From positions 14,115 through 78,114 of the forward strand of contig CAXHJY010000386.1 of NCBI GenBank assembly GCA_964016885.1: a stretch of DNA of 64,000 nucleotides, written 5' to 3'. Source of the stretch: Eledone cirrhosa (taxonomy: Eukaryota). This document shows, in pieces, positions 10,754 to 24,426 of this stretch. Numbering within the stretch: position 1 is the first letter of the stretch; each line of letters starts with the position of its first letter. Both the position numbers and the translations under genes were made by a program. A model generated the notes under the pieces. It did no database searches and was not told where the DNA came from. It was given only the letters and a program-made list of their open reading frames with translations.

Positions 10754-13093
10754 ATCATCATCATCATCATCAACGTTTAACGTCCGTGTTCCACGCTTGC
10801 ATGGGTTTGGACGGGGGTAGTCCCACTTGAGGCAAGAGTGATTGTCTTGCTCGCATAGGACTGTCTGGCAGGTTTTCTACAGTTGGATGCCCTTCCTAAC
10901 ACCAACCACATTTACAGTGTGGGTCTGGGAGGTTTTTACCGTGTTGCCTACACGGCCACATTACAGCGTGGACTGTGTGTTTTTTTGTCGTGACACCTAC
11001 ACGATCTCGTTTGTTTCGGCCTGGATGGCGCGGCACCAACATAACTTTACATGGAACGGGGTGGTGTGGATGGGGTGGGGGTGGTGGCTGGACGGGGTGT
11101 AGTTTGTTAGAGATGCCTACTGGCAAGGCGGGTCTTCTCTGTTACTGAGTACCGCCAAAGGTCACGGTCCAGTGACATTGTCTTGGAGAGGTGTAAGTGT
11201 ATGAGGTCGGAGTTTATCAGCTCATCCCATGTTTTTCTAGGTCTGCCTATTCCGTGGCTACCGTCTATCTTTATTGCCCTGCACTTTGTAATACAGCTAT
11301 CGACTTTCATGCGCATCACGTGTCCATACCAACGCAGCCTTCTCTCGAGTAAACAACATCTGATCCCTCTTAGTTCGTTTATGCTTTGCCGTTCACGTAT
11401 ATTACTGTTACACATCCAGCGGAGCATGCAAGCTTCGTTCCTCTCTAGTCTGCGTATATCCTCTGCACACAATGCCCAGGTCTCACTACCATGCAACATT
11501 GCTGTTCGTATGCAGGCATCGTACAACCTGCCTTTCATTTTTATGGAGAACCCTTTAGCAGCTAATAGTGGTATAAGCTCTCTGAACTTTTTCCAACCAG
11601 TTCTGACTCTAGCTACAGTACTTTCAGAGCACCCTCCCCCACTGCTGATTTTATCGCCCAGGTAACGGAAGCTGTCCACTATTTCTATAGAACCCTCTGC
11701 GCAATTGAAAGAGCTAGTATTTTGTGGGCACTTGCTGCTACTTATTGCACCAGAACATCGGCCACATGTAAAGTCTATGTTCTTAGTTAGCTTACCTGTG
11801 ATCCCACTACATCTTTTATGCACCCATACTTTGCATTTAGGACATAAGATGGAGTTTCTACCTACGCCTTTCCTACATACCGAGCACGACCATTTCCCAG
11901 AAGGGACCGCCGCCTTGTTTTCTTTCCTACAAACTAGAACTTTGGTCTTAGCCAGGTTAATTTTAAGTCCTTTTGACTCTAGGCCGTGCTTCCATGTTTG
12001 GAATTTCTTCTCTAGCTCGGCCATTGATTCCGCTATGAGTGTCAGGTCGTCTGCGTATAGGAGTTCCCATGGGCAGCCTGTCTTGAACTCCTCTGTTATA
12101 GCCTGAAGGGCAATAATAAATAGTAGGGGGCTGAGAACAGAGCCCTGATGGACGCCAACTTTTACGCTAAACTCTTCACTATATTCGTTGTTAATTCTAA
12201 CCTTGCTGACTGTTTCTTTATACATGGCTTGTATAGCCCTCACAAGCCATTCGTCAACGCCTAGTTTTCTAAGAGCCCACCAGATAATGGAGCGGGGGAC
12301 TCTGTCGAAGGCTTTCTCCAGGTCGACAAAAGCTAAGTAGAGGGGTTTACCTTTAGCTAGGTACTTCTCCTGTAGTTGTCGTACTATGAAAAGAGCGTCT
12401 GTGGTGCTTTTGCCTGACACAAACCCGAACTGCATTTCATCTAGATCAATTCTCTCTCTGATTAGTTGCGCTATTACTTTTTCCGTGACCTTCATGACCT
12501 GGTCGATTAATTTAATGCCTCTATAGTTACTCCTATCTAGGGCGTCTCCTTTACCCTTATAACAGTTAACGATGATGCTGCTATGCCAGTCCTTCGGAAC
12601 AACCCCATTCTGTACGACTTGGTTAACTATGCGGGTGACCATGGTGTGTCCCACCGTGCCAGATGCCTTCAGCATCTCAGCAACTATTTCCGAAGGCCCA
12701 GCCGCCTTACCAGTCTTCATATCCTTGATTGCCTTACTTATTATACTCCCCTCGACTAACACTGCTGGTCCCTCTATCGGGTCGATATGGGGGAGACTGT
12801 CTTTCTCCCATTTATTCTCCTCATTTAGTAGCCTTTCATAGTGACACTTCCAAGCTACCTTCTTATCAGTGTCGGTGATGGCAAGTATGCCATCATCGTT
12901 AAGTACACACTTCTCCCCGACAATATCACGGTTTTCCTTGACGCATTGCCTGGCAATCCTGAACACCTCACGTTTTTGGTCATCGCGTTGTAGAACATGC
13001 TTGAACTTTCTTTCCTCCGCTTCCCTTCTTGCTAAGTACACTTCTCTCCTAGCTTCCCTCCTGGCCACTTGATAGTCTACTCTACTTCCCCCA
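10754..13093 (-). mobile_element. 5'-truncated RTE-clade LINE with uninterrupted 653-aa RT ORF (11107-13068); endonuclease domain absent
   Basis: NYRGIKL, QFGF, FVDLEKAFDRVP, GVHQGSVLSPLLF, LLYADD, a Cys/His cluster, LRWYGHV and GRPRKTW; 3' UTR and (GAT)n tail at 10754. Confidence 0.95.
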
Positions 13094-13116
13094 TAGAGTA
13101 GACTATCAAGTGGCCA

Positions 13117-13295
13117 TATATATATTTATATATATATATATTTATTTATATATATATATATTTATTTATATATATATATATTTATTTATATATATATATA
13201 TTTATTTATATATATATATATTTATTTATATATATATTTATTTATATATATATATATATTTATTTATATATATATATTTATATATATATATGTAA
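13117..13295. repeat. (TA)n array with TTTA interruptions
   Basis: Direct reading of the sequence. Confidence 0.9.
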
Positions 13296-13491
13296 GTATG
13301 TATGTATACGTACATACATGTATGTATAGACGTACAGTAGCATGCATATATATATATATATACATACATACAGGTACACATACATATATGTACGTATCAG
13401 TTTAGCGTACTAAGAGTGAGAAATGAAATTTCGTTTTCATTTTATTACAACTTATATATATATATATATTTATTTATTTATATAAAGATAG

Positions 13492-14055
13492 AGGGCAATA
13501 AAGATAGACGGTAGTCACGGAATAGGCAGACCTAGAAAAACCTGGGACGAGCTGATAAACTCCGACATCACACACTTACACCTCTCCAAGACAATGTCAC
13601 TGGACCGAGACCTTTGGCGGTACTCAGTAACAGAGAAGACCCGCCTTACCTAAATATATAGTAAAACCTACTCCAGCCAGTAGGCATCTCTAACAAAATA
13701 CACCCCGTCCCACCACCCCCACCCCCACCCGATCCACACCACCCCGTTCTATGTAAAGTTATGTTGGTGCCGCGCCATCGAGGCCGAAACAAATGAGATC
13801 GTGTAGGTGTCACGACAAAAAAACACACAGTCCACGCTGTAATGTGGCCGTGTAGGCAACACGGTAAAAACCTCCCAGACCCACACTGTAAATGTGGTTG
13901 GTGTTAGGAAGGGCATCCAACTGTAGAAAACCTGCCAGACAGTCCTATGCGAGCAAGACAATCACTCTTGCCTCAAGTGGGACTACCCCCGTCCAAACCC
14001 ATGCAAGCGTGGAACACGGACGTTAAACGTTGATGATGATGATGATGATGATGAT
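13492..14055 (+). mobile_element. Inverted near-identical copy of the 3' end of the adjacent RTE (10754-11280)
   Basis: Reverse-complement match throughout, with a 28-nt insertion at 13648-13675. Confidence 0.92.
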
Positions 14056-14390
14056 ATATATATTTATTTATTTATATATATATATTTATATATATATATA
14101 TTTATTTATTTATATATATATATTTATTTATATATATATCTTTATTTATTTATATATATATCTTTATCTATGTATATATATATCTTTATCTATGTATATA
14201 TATATTTATATATATATATTTATTTGTGTTTATATGTATATATATGTATATATATATTTATATATATATATTTATTTGTGTTTATATGTATATATATATA
14301 TATTTATATGTACATATAAATATTTATTTATATATATATGTATTTATAAATATTTATTTATATATTTATTTATATTTTCATCTTTTCCAG

Positions 14391-14632
14391 TCTCTGCCCT
14401 CGGGCCTCCACCTTCCTATGACTCAGTTATGCAAGGTGATGCCTACTCCTATGGTCCCGCGCCACCACCACCACCACCACCACATGGGATTTACCAGCCA
14501 ACTCCCCCATACCCACAACCACCTGGTATTATGGGGAGCCCTTATGGCCCACCAAATATTGGCTATCCATCGTATGGAATGCCACCCCCACATGCAGCAT
14601 CACCTGTGGTAGTGGCCCCAACAACAATCATT
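14391..14632 (+). CDS. Coding exon 2 of the proline-rich PPxY protein ([14 protein letters not shown]...VVVAPTTII)
   Basis: Acceptor ttttcatcttttccAG, donor GTAAGA; P/G/Y-rich open frame containing PPSY. Confidence 0.85.
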
Positions 14633-14685
14633 GTAAGACATTTATTTTGTTAGTTTTTTTAACATTTGTTTTTTTTATTTATTAA

Positions 14686-14906
14686 CCCTTTAGCATTTAC
14701 ATTACTCTATATATACGATTGTATTTTCACAATAAAGGCTTTATCTTACATAATTATCTCACATAATATTGAATATACAAGATTTTGATGTTATTTATTT
14801 TAAGAATAATACCTTAATGTCAGTATGAGAAGCCAGTTATGGTCGGTTTGAACAGAAAGAGGTGAAAGAATTCTTGCCAGATATGGCCAGTTTAAATGTT
14901 AAAGGG
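14686..14906. mobile_element. piggyBac-type MITE
   Basis: TTAA-CCCTTTAGCATTTA...TAAATGTTAAAGGG-TTAA. Confidence 0.85.
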
Positions 14907-14951
14907 TTAATTACTTATATATTTATTTGATTATTTCATCATCATCATCAT

Positions 14952-15625
14952 GGCAATCTTCAATTTCGTTTTCGTGCCAACCCTTACCTATGGTCATACA
15001 TCTTGGGTAATGACCGAAAGAATATCATTGTGAATACAAATGATCAAAATGGGATTCCTCCGAAGAGTCTTTGGAGTAACGTTACTTGATAAGGTGCGTA
15101 ACTTGGATATCAGAGTGTCACTCCAGGTAGAGCTGCTACTTCTCCAAATTGAGAGATCACAGCTCCGATACTATGGGCATGTGGTTAGAATGTCTCAGAA
15201 AAGAATATGTAGCTCAGAGATCAGAGAGTCACTCCATGTAGAGCTGCTACTTCTCCAAATTGAGAGATCACAGCTCCAATACTATAGGAATGTGGTTAGA
15301 ATGTCTCAGAAAAGAATATGTAGCTCAGAGATCAGAGAGTCACTCCATGTAGAGCTGCTACTTCTCCAAATTGAGAGATCACAGCTCTGATACTATGAGC
15401 ATGTGGTTAGAATGTCTCAGAAAAGAATCATTGGACAGATTTTATGGACAAAACCAACCGGCAAGAGACCCAGAAGTAGACCCTCCGAGCAAGATGGTTG
15501 GATAATGAGCTTGGCTGGTCACGGTTAGGGATCCAGCCGGATCTGTTGGAGACGGTTGCTTCTGACAGGACCCTCTGGAAGGAGTATTTGAGGACTCTGT
15601 CCCCATGACCCTCTCAGGAATAGGT
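14952..15625 (+). mobile_element. Decayed RTE (second family) 3' fragment with an internal tandem triplication of about 110 bp
   Basis: MGFLRRVFGVTLLDKVRN..LRYYGHVVRM; homologous copies at 47680-48050 (+) and 59645-60210 (-). Confidence 0.8.
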
Positions 15626-16758
15626 GGGTGTAGATCGTTGTTGTCATTACCATCATCAATGTCATCATCATCATCATAATCATCATTATAGTCATCTATA
15701 TATATATATGTGTGTATATATATATATATATATGTTTGTGTGTGTGTGTGATATATATATATATGTTTGTGTGTGTATATATATATATATATACACATAT
15801 ATATATATACACACACAGTCCTCAAACATATATATATATATATATATGTTTGTGTGTGTGTGTGATATATATATATATGTTTGTGTGTGTATATCATCAT
15901 CATTTTACGTCCGCTTTTCCCTGCTTGCAAGGGTGGGACACATATATACACATATATATATATACACATATATATATATACACACACAGTCCTCAAACAT
16001 ATATATATATATATATATATATCTCACGCTGTGAGATGGGTTAGCCTCCCCATATTGGTACTATCCAGTACTGGGCTCCAACTGGCCTCTTCACATAGTG
16101 GTGCTATCCAATGCCAGACTCCTAAACTGTGGCCCCACACCTGTCCCTCCTCATCCAGTACCAGGCCCCCAAAATGGTGGCTATGCTGTGAGACGGGTTA
16201 GGCTCCTCATATCGGTGCCTTCCAGTACCAGGTTCCTAAACTATGGTTCCACTGTTAGATTGGTTGGGCTCCAAAACTGTCATTCCGTTGTGAGACAGGT
16301 TAGGCACGGCCAACTTGCCCGTCCCTCCTCTACACAGAGCCATCCAGTCCCATACTGTAACTGTGCTTGATGTTAGGAAGGACATCTAGCCTTAAAATAC
16401 CCAGCCAAATTTACAGACCTCGACAGAGCAAGGTGTGACAAGGCTAATCCTGGCTAGACTTGCCTTCCAGCATCGATGACTCGTCTAACCCATGCAAGCA
16501 TGAAAGAATTGAAGCTAATTGGAAATGATGATGATGATGATAATGGTGCTTCTTTGTTGAAATCAATGCCTCACTGAATTGTTGCTAAAGGTCATCAAAC
16601 AAAGTAATAATTTGGAATAGATAATTTGTAGCGTCATTATTTGTGTTGTATGTTTGTAAAAATATATTCTTTTTATCTAATAATTGTACCTCATTCAATA
16701 TTAACCTAATCTAATGAAATTATTGGGGAGGTCTCTGAATTATGCTCAACACTGTATG

Positions 16759-16791
<33 letters not shown>

Positions 16792-16814
16792 TTATATATA
16801 TATATTTATATATT

Positions 16815-16939
<125 letters not shown>

Positions 16940-16946
16940 ACATTTT

Positions 16947-16979
<33 letters not shown>

Positions 16980-16994
16980 TTATATATACATTTT

Positions 16995-17029
<35 letters not shown>

Positions 17030-17032
17030 ATT

Positions 17033-17063
<31 letters not shown>

Positions 17064-17066
17064 ATT

Positions 17067-17115
<49 letters not shown>

Positions 17116-17134
17116 ATTTATATATATATATATT

Positions 17135-17165
<31 letters not shown>

Positions 17166-17168
17166 ATT

Positions 17169-17217
<49 letters not shown>

Positions 17218-17258
17218 ATTTATATATATATATTTATATATTTATATATATATATATT

Positions 17259-17307
<49 letters not shown>

Positions 17308-17360
17308 ATTTATATATATATATTTATATATATATTTATATATATATATATTTATATATA

Positions 17361-17901
17361 TATTGTTATACTTTGGGAGGGTCATGTTACCAATAAGAAA
17401 CACACGTACCAGTTGCTTTCACTTCAATTTATTATAATAAATTTATAAATTTAGGAATTTATAAATTTCTGGTTGGTTGGTTGGTTCCACAACCAGATAT
17501 TTGTTTATATATTGTCAAAGTTCTTTCGTCACACATTCTATGACCTCTTCAGTGACTGGGGATTCTTTTCTTTGTTTTTGTGTCTCTCCTTTGTTCTGTC
17601 CTACGCCACACAGAAACAAAATGGCGTAGGACAGAACAAAGGAGAGACACAAAAACAAAGAAAAGAATGCCTGTCACTGAAGAGGTCACAGAATGTGTGA
17701 CGAAAGAACTTTGACAATATATAAACAACTATCTGGTTGTGGAACCAACCAACCAGAAATTTATAAATTTATTATAATAAATTGAAGGGAAAGCAACTGG
17801 TGCGTGTGTTTCTTATTGGCAACATGACCCTCCCAAAGTATAACAATATCGGTTTCAACACACGATTTCAGATAAAGAATCTTGCTAAACAAATTCAGAA
17901 A
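17361..17901. mobile_element. Palindromic (arms about 240 bp) Penelope-type terminal-repeat element
   Basis: 17361-17608 is inverted to 17622-17849 around a 13-nt loop; each arm carries a hammerhead-like motif. Confidence 0.75.
17672..17716 (+). ncRNA. Candidate minimal type I hammerhead ribozyme
   Basis: TGTCA-CTGAAGA-G-GTCACA(gaatg)TGTGAC-GAAA-GAAC-TT-TGACA: stem I 5 bp, stem II 6 bp, minimal stem III, one extra G after the core. Mirror copy on the minus strand at 17514-17556. Confidence 0.6.
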
Positions 17902-17996
17902 CTTTATATATATATATATTTATATATATATATATTTATATATATATATATATATATTTAATTATTTATATATTTATTTATATATATATATATATA

Positions 17997-18037
<41 letters not shown>

Positions 18038-18058
18038 TTATATATATATATATTTATT

Positions 18059-18137
<79 letters not shown>

Positions 18138-18420
18138 TTATATATATATTTATATATATATTTATATATATTTATATATATATTTATATATATTTATATA
18201 TATATATTTATATATATTTATATATATATATTTATATATATTTATATATATATATATATTTATATATATTTATATATATATATATTTATATATATTTATA
18301 TATATATATATTTATATATATATATATTTATATATATATATATTTATATATATATATATTTATATATATATATTTATATATATATATATTTATATATATA
18401 TATTTATATATATATATTTC

Positions 18421-18645
18421 ATTTCTGAATTTGTTTAGCAAGATTCTTTATCTGAAAACGTGTGTTGAAACCGATATTGTTATACTTTGGGAGGGTCATG
18501 TTGCCAATAAGAAACACACGCACCAGTTGATTTCACTTCAATTTATTATAATAAATTTATAAATTTATTATAATAAATTGAAGTGAAAGCAACTGGTGCG
18601 TGTGTTTCTTATTGGCAACATGACCCTCCCAAAGTATAACAATAT
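18421..18645. mobile_element. Second palindrome of the same family, with no loop (centre 18559/18560)
   Basis: 18475-18559 is inverted to 18560-18645; 18421-18560 is also inverted to 17760-17901. Confidence 0.8.
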
Positions 18646-18838
18646 ATATATATATTTATATATATATATATTTATATATATATTTATATATATATTTATA
18701 TATATATTTATATATATATATTTATATATATATTTATATATATATATTTATATATGTATTTATTTATATATATATTTATATATATATATATTTATATATA
18801 TATATATTTATATATATATATATTTATATATATTTATT

Positions 18839-18873
<35 letters not shown>

Positions 18874-18954
18874 ATTTATATATATATATATTTATATATA
18901 TATATATTTATATATACATATATTTATATATATATATATTTATATATATATATT

Positions 18955-18989
<35 letters not shown>

Positions 18990-19138
18990 ATTTATATATA
19001 TATATATTTATATATATATATATATATTTATATATATTTATATATATTTATATATATTTATATATATTTATATATATTTATATATATATATATTTATATA
19101 TATATATATTTATATATATATATATTTATATATATATA

Positions 19139-19377
<239 letters not shown>

Positions 19378-19380
19378 ATT

Positions 19381-19503
<123 letters not shown>

Positions 19504-19530
19504 ATATATTTATATATTTATATATATATT

Positions 19531-19563
<33 letters not shown>

Positions 19564-19666
19564 ATATATTTATATATTTATATATTTATTTATATATTTA
19601 TATATTTATATATATATTTATATATTTATATATATATTTATATATTTATATATATATTTATATATT

Positions 19667-19697
<31 letters not shown>

Positions 19698-19698
19698 T

Positions 19699-19787
<89 letters not shown>

Positions 19788-19789
19788 GG

Positions 19790-20070
19790 TAGTTTTTTCC
19801 ATGCTTCAGAAACTCTGAGCATGAAAAAATGTTTCCGAAAGTCATGGGAGCTGTGCTGTTTTCTGACTTTGTGGGCATGCCCACGTGTGTTAGACACATG
19901 GAAATCAAAAAGGTACTCAGGGTTGTTGTTGGCAAGATGGTTAATAATTTTGTGGGTGTTTACCAAGTCCATTGCCAGACGGAGCTTCAATGTATCCATG
20001 CCCAGGGAAGCAAGGCGTTCAGAGTATGGTAGATGCCTGATGGAGGGTATTCGCTTGGTTGCACGTCTCT
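19790..20070 (-). mobile_element. CR1-like LINE ORF2 3' fragment
   Basis: LRLAMDLVNTHKII...TRGHAHKV...[18 protein letters not shown] is a typical CR1 C-terminus. Confidence 0.85.
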
Positions 20071-20157
20071 TATATATATAAGGGAAGCTAAATTCTCCCT
20101 CCCTGCTTCCTCCACTAAAGAAATAGTGCTTCTAACAGAAATCTATCTCTATTTCAG

Positions 20158-20280
20158 AATCCAACAGGAGGTCCAGCACAAGTAGTACCACAAAACAACA
20201 GCCGACGAAAAATCATGGCCATTCTTCTTGTTATTTTTCTACCACTCTGCCTTTTTATATTTATATACCTCATTTTTTGA
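20158..20280 (+). CDS. Terminal coding exon of the PPxY protein (NPTGGPAQVVPQNNSRRKIMAILLVIFLPLCLFIFIYLIF*)
   Basis: Acceptor ctctatttcAG, phase 0 matching the donor at 14633; a basic triplet, then 22 hydrophobic residues and TGA. Confidence 0.75.
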   Translation, partial: NPTGGPAQVVPQNNSRRKIMAILLVIFLPLCLFIFIYLIF

Positions 20281-20784
20281 TTAATTCCCTCCACAATCTA
20301 CATCCAATCTGCTGCTTCGTACAAAAACGTTTTTTTTTTCTTATAATTATTATATTTTTTTTGCGATGGGAGTTGTTTTTTGTTATGTTATTGATGACTG
20401 GAAGATAACAGCTTTGTGGCTGACCCATTTATTGTGTCCATCCATGTGCTAAGCCATTTGTTTGTCTATCTGTCCAGCTAACTGTTCATCTACCTATCTG
20501 TTTATCTATCTATCTGTCCATCTATCTATCTGTCTATCCATCTGTCCATCTATCTATCTGTCTCTCTACCCATCTATCTATGTGTCTATCTAATTATCTA
20601 TCTATCTGTCCTATCTGTCTATCTATCTATCTCTTCATCTATCTGTCTATCTATCTTCTCTTCTCCCCCTCTCTCTCTGTCTCATTATATGTCATAACAT
20701 TGTCATGCTGATTACTGTGCATGTGCATGACACTAAAATGTGTAATTTTTTTTATAATCAAGCCTGTGCAAAGCTGATATTAAG

Positions 20785-21262
20785 CTCAGGCCAGATGTAA
20801 AACGTTGCCCCACCTCCACAAGCTGGTAATAGGCTCAAGCCAGATGTAAAATATTGCTTCCCACCGTACCGCCACAAGCTAGTAATAGGTCAAAATCAGA
20901 TGTAAAATGAGCCCCTCCCCATCCCCGTAACCGGCTCATGCCAGATGTAAAATGTTGTCACTCTCTCTATAAGCTGGTAACAGGCCCAGACCAGATGCAA
21001 AATGACCCCCCCCCCCTCACATCTTTCCACAAGCTGGTAACCGGCTCATGCCAGATGTAAAATGTTGTCACTCTCCCTCCATAAGCTGGTAACAGGCCTA
21101 GACCAGATGTAAAATGACCCCCCCCTCCAACTCACCACAAGCTGGTAACAAGCCCAGGCCTGATGTAAAAGGCTGTCACTCTCTCCACAAGCTGGTAGCA
21201 AGCCCAGGCAGGCCTGATGTTAAATGTTGCCTCCCCTCCTCCCACACACAAGCTGTTAATAA
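20785..21262. repeat. Diverged tandem repeat of about 55-60 bp
   Basis: Recurring caagctggtaa..ggc....ccagatgtaaaa. Confidence 0.8.
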
Positions 21263-21689
21263 AACCCAGTGAACATATATTTACACGTATCATAACAGAG
21301 CAAAAATACTAGAACAATTTATATAAAGATAATTCTTTATCAGAGAGTTCTCCCTCAAAAACTGTAGGCCCATGTTAAATTGCCTCCCCGTCCCCCTTCT
21401 CTCTGTTGTTCTGTCCTTTATTTAAGGAGCGTAACAGAACACATCAGCTGTTATGTTGCCAGTGACTCTGATCTGTCATACCAGGTTATGTCACTACATA
21501 TTACAATATATGACACATACCATGTTATGTCACTACACATTACAAGAGACATTATGACACATGCCACTATGAACTGTCATACCCTTCTATGTTTCATATT
21601 ACAACAAATATTATGTCACAAGTCACTATGATCCGTCATACCGTGTTATATTACTACATATTACATCATATATTATGTCACAACCACTA

Positions 21690-22405
21690 TGACATAAGTC
21701 ACTATGATCTGTTGCAGCATGTTATGTCACAGCAAAAGTCCTGTCACATGTAATTATGATTTGTTAATGTTATGTCACAATCACTGTGATATAGGCCACT
21801 ATGATCTGTTACATGTTGTGTCACAATCACTGTGATATAGGCCACTATGATCTGTTACATGTTGTGTCACAATCAGTGATATAGGCCACTATGATCTGTT
21901 ACATGTTATGTCACAATCACTGTGATATAGGGCACTATGATCTGTTACATGTTATGTCACAATCACTGTGATATAGGCCACTATGATCTGTTACATGTTG
22001 TGTCACAATCACTGTGATATAGGGCACTATGATCTGTTACATGGTGTGTCACAATCACTGTGATATAGGGCACTATGATCTGTTACATGTTGTGTCACAA
22101 TCACTGTGATATAGGGCACTATGATCTGTTACATGGTGTGTCCAAATCAGTGATATAGGCCACTATGATCTGTTACATGTTATGTCACAATCACTGTGAT
22201 ATAGGCCACTATGATCTGTTACATGTTATGTCACAATCACTGTGATATAGGCCACTATGATCTGTTACATGTTATGTCACAAATAACTGTGATATAGGCC
22301 ACTATGATCTGTTACATGTTATGTCACAATCACTGTGATATATCACAGTCGCTGTGATATAAGCCACTATGATCTGTTACATGTTATGTCACAAATAACT
22401 GTGAA
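21690..22405. repeat. 46-bp minisatellite
   Basis: Unit ccactatgatctgttacatgttatgtcacaatcactgtgatatagg; more diverged copies extend back to about 21460. Confidence 0.93.
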
Positions 22406-22499
22406 TGTGTAACTATGTCGTGTGAAAGTGTCATAATGTGTGACATCAGAGTGTGATTTGACCTTCTTAATTTGTAACATGTATTGTTTAGATGTTATT

Positions 22500-22790
22500 A
22501 CACACAAGTCACATGCAGTTACACATCACAAGTCACATGCAGTTACACATCACAAGTCACACACAGTTACACGTCACAAGTCACACAATTAAATGTCACA
22601 AGTCACACACAGTTACATGTCACAAGTCACACACAGAGTTACACATGTCACAAGTTACACACAGTTACATGTCACAAGTCACATACAGTTACACATCACA
22701 AATCACACACAGTTACATTTGTCACAAGTTACACGTGACAAGTCACACACAGGTTACACATCACAAGTCACACACAAGGTACATGTCATG
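22500..22790. repeat. Minisatellite of about 24 bp
   Basis: Unit cacacagttacacatcacaagtca. Confidence 0.88.
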
Positions 22791-22946
22791 CGGGACACAC
22801 AGTTATGCATGTCAAACACAGAACACCACTTACATATGTCCCACACATAGCACCAGCAACACAGTCACATGTCACAATAAACCCAGCTGTAGTGTATATT
22901 ATATAATGTCAAATGAAATAGTAATATACACAACTATAGTGTAGAT

Positions 22947-22985
<39 letters not shown>

Positions 22986-24106
22986 GATGAGTTCCAGGCC
23001 TCGTGGATAAGTCCAAGATCGGGTATATCCGCAAAAAAGGAACGAAACTACTGGTAGTCGGGACTAGAGGAATTTTGGTTAAGTTTATATGAATTTTTTC
23101 TTCAAACTTCTATTTTATACCTAACTCCGTGTAGTTGATTATTTGTCTAGTCAATTTCTATGGGCTAAAAGAAATAACTAGGTAAATTTTATCTGGCTGT
23201 ACCTCACGGAAGATAATCTGTATCATTTGTCTATTATTTCTTCATAGTTACATTTTAAACTTATAGCCTCGTTTAAATGATTATTTATGTGGTTGATTTC
23301 TACGGACTAGGGAGAGGAAATACGGTATATATTTTATCTAATAATTCTTCAAACTTACAATTTTATATATATATCAAATGGAATACTAATATACCCAACT
23401 ATTGTGTTCAGTTCCATGGGAAAATTCATTTAAATAATAGCGGTCTTTGTTAGGGAAAAAGATGGGAACCATTGATGTATGTGGTTGTTCACCTTGCTAG
23501 AACTAGCAACCAAATTTCCCTCACATCACACTGTTCCTCTGCTTTATAAAAGAAGGAGGCATACATTAGATAATGTAGACAGACTTAATCCCTTTTCTCC
23601 TTTAACAATTCTACTTGGCCCTTGAGTACCTTTAATTGGGGTCCACTCTATTAGAAGTAGTCTCTGGTTTGAGAATACTTCCCTTCCCCCCCTTCTATTT
23701 GTCTTGGAAGACCTGAAAAGTGTTCTGGGTATTGGTTTTCCTTCTCTGACCAAGCAGTATAAGATAAAAATAGAAAGTTCTAGATAGCGCCCCCACCCCC
23801 CTCCAAATGACAGGATAGTCATAGCTGGAATGCATTTGTTCATAGTTGTTAGAACATATGGAATGTTTTGCAGTATTTGATGCAGCTCTCTGAGCATCAA
23901 ATCCTGCCATGGACAACTTTGCTTTTCATTTTTCCAGGGTCAATAAAAGATAGTACCAAAGTACCAGTCATGTACTGGGGTCATTTCCTTATATCCATTT
24001 CTCATTTTCTCTCTCACACACACACATACATGCATACATATATATATACATATATATATATATATATGTGTGTAAGGTTAGTCATTTGTTTTCCCTATAC
24101 CTTTAA

Positions 24107-24142
<36 letters not shown>

Positions 24143-24147
<5 letters not shown>

Positions 24148-24348
24148 GCAGTATGGTAGAGTGTCAGACAACATGCTTTGCAGCATAGAGTTTCGGCCCT
24201 TTATGATCTGAGTTCAAATCCTGCTGAGGTTAACTTTGCCTTTCATCCTTACAGGGTCGATAAAGTAAAGTACCAGTCACACACTGGGGTTGATTTAATC
24301 GACTTCCCCTCCCCCAAATTTCTGGGCTTGTGCCTATATAAGAAACCG

Positions 24349-24350
<2 letters not shown>
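24143..24350 (+). mobile_element. Family-A SINE
   Basis: Same consensus as 8222-8412. Confidence 0.8.
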
Positions 24351-24391
<41 letters not shown>

Positions 24392-24426
24392 TATAAGTAT
24401 TAATAAAATAGATGTTCTTTTGATCA

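Noticed and set aside
22985-23460. AT-rich segment with an internal diverged duplication, possible DNA transposon end
   Set aside because: No matching TIR, TSD or ORF found by eye.
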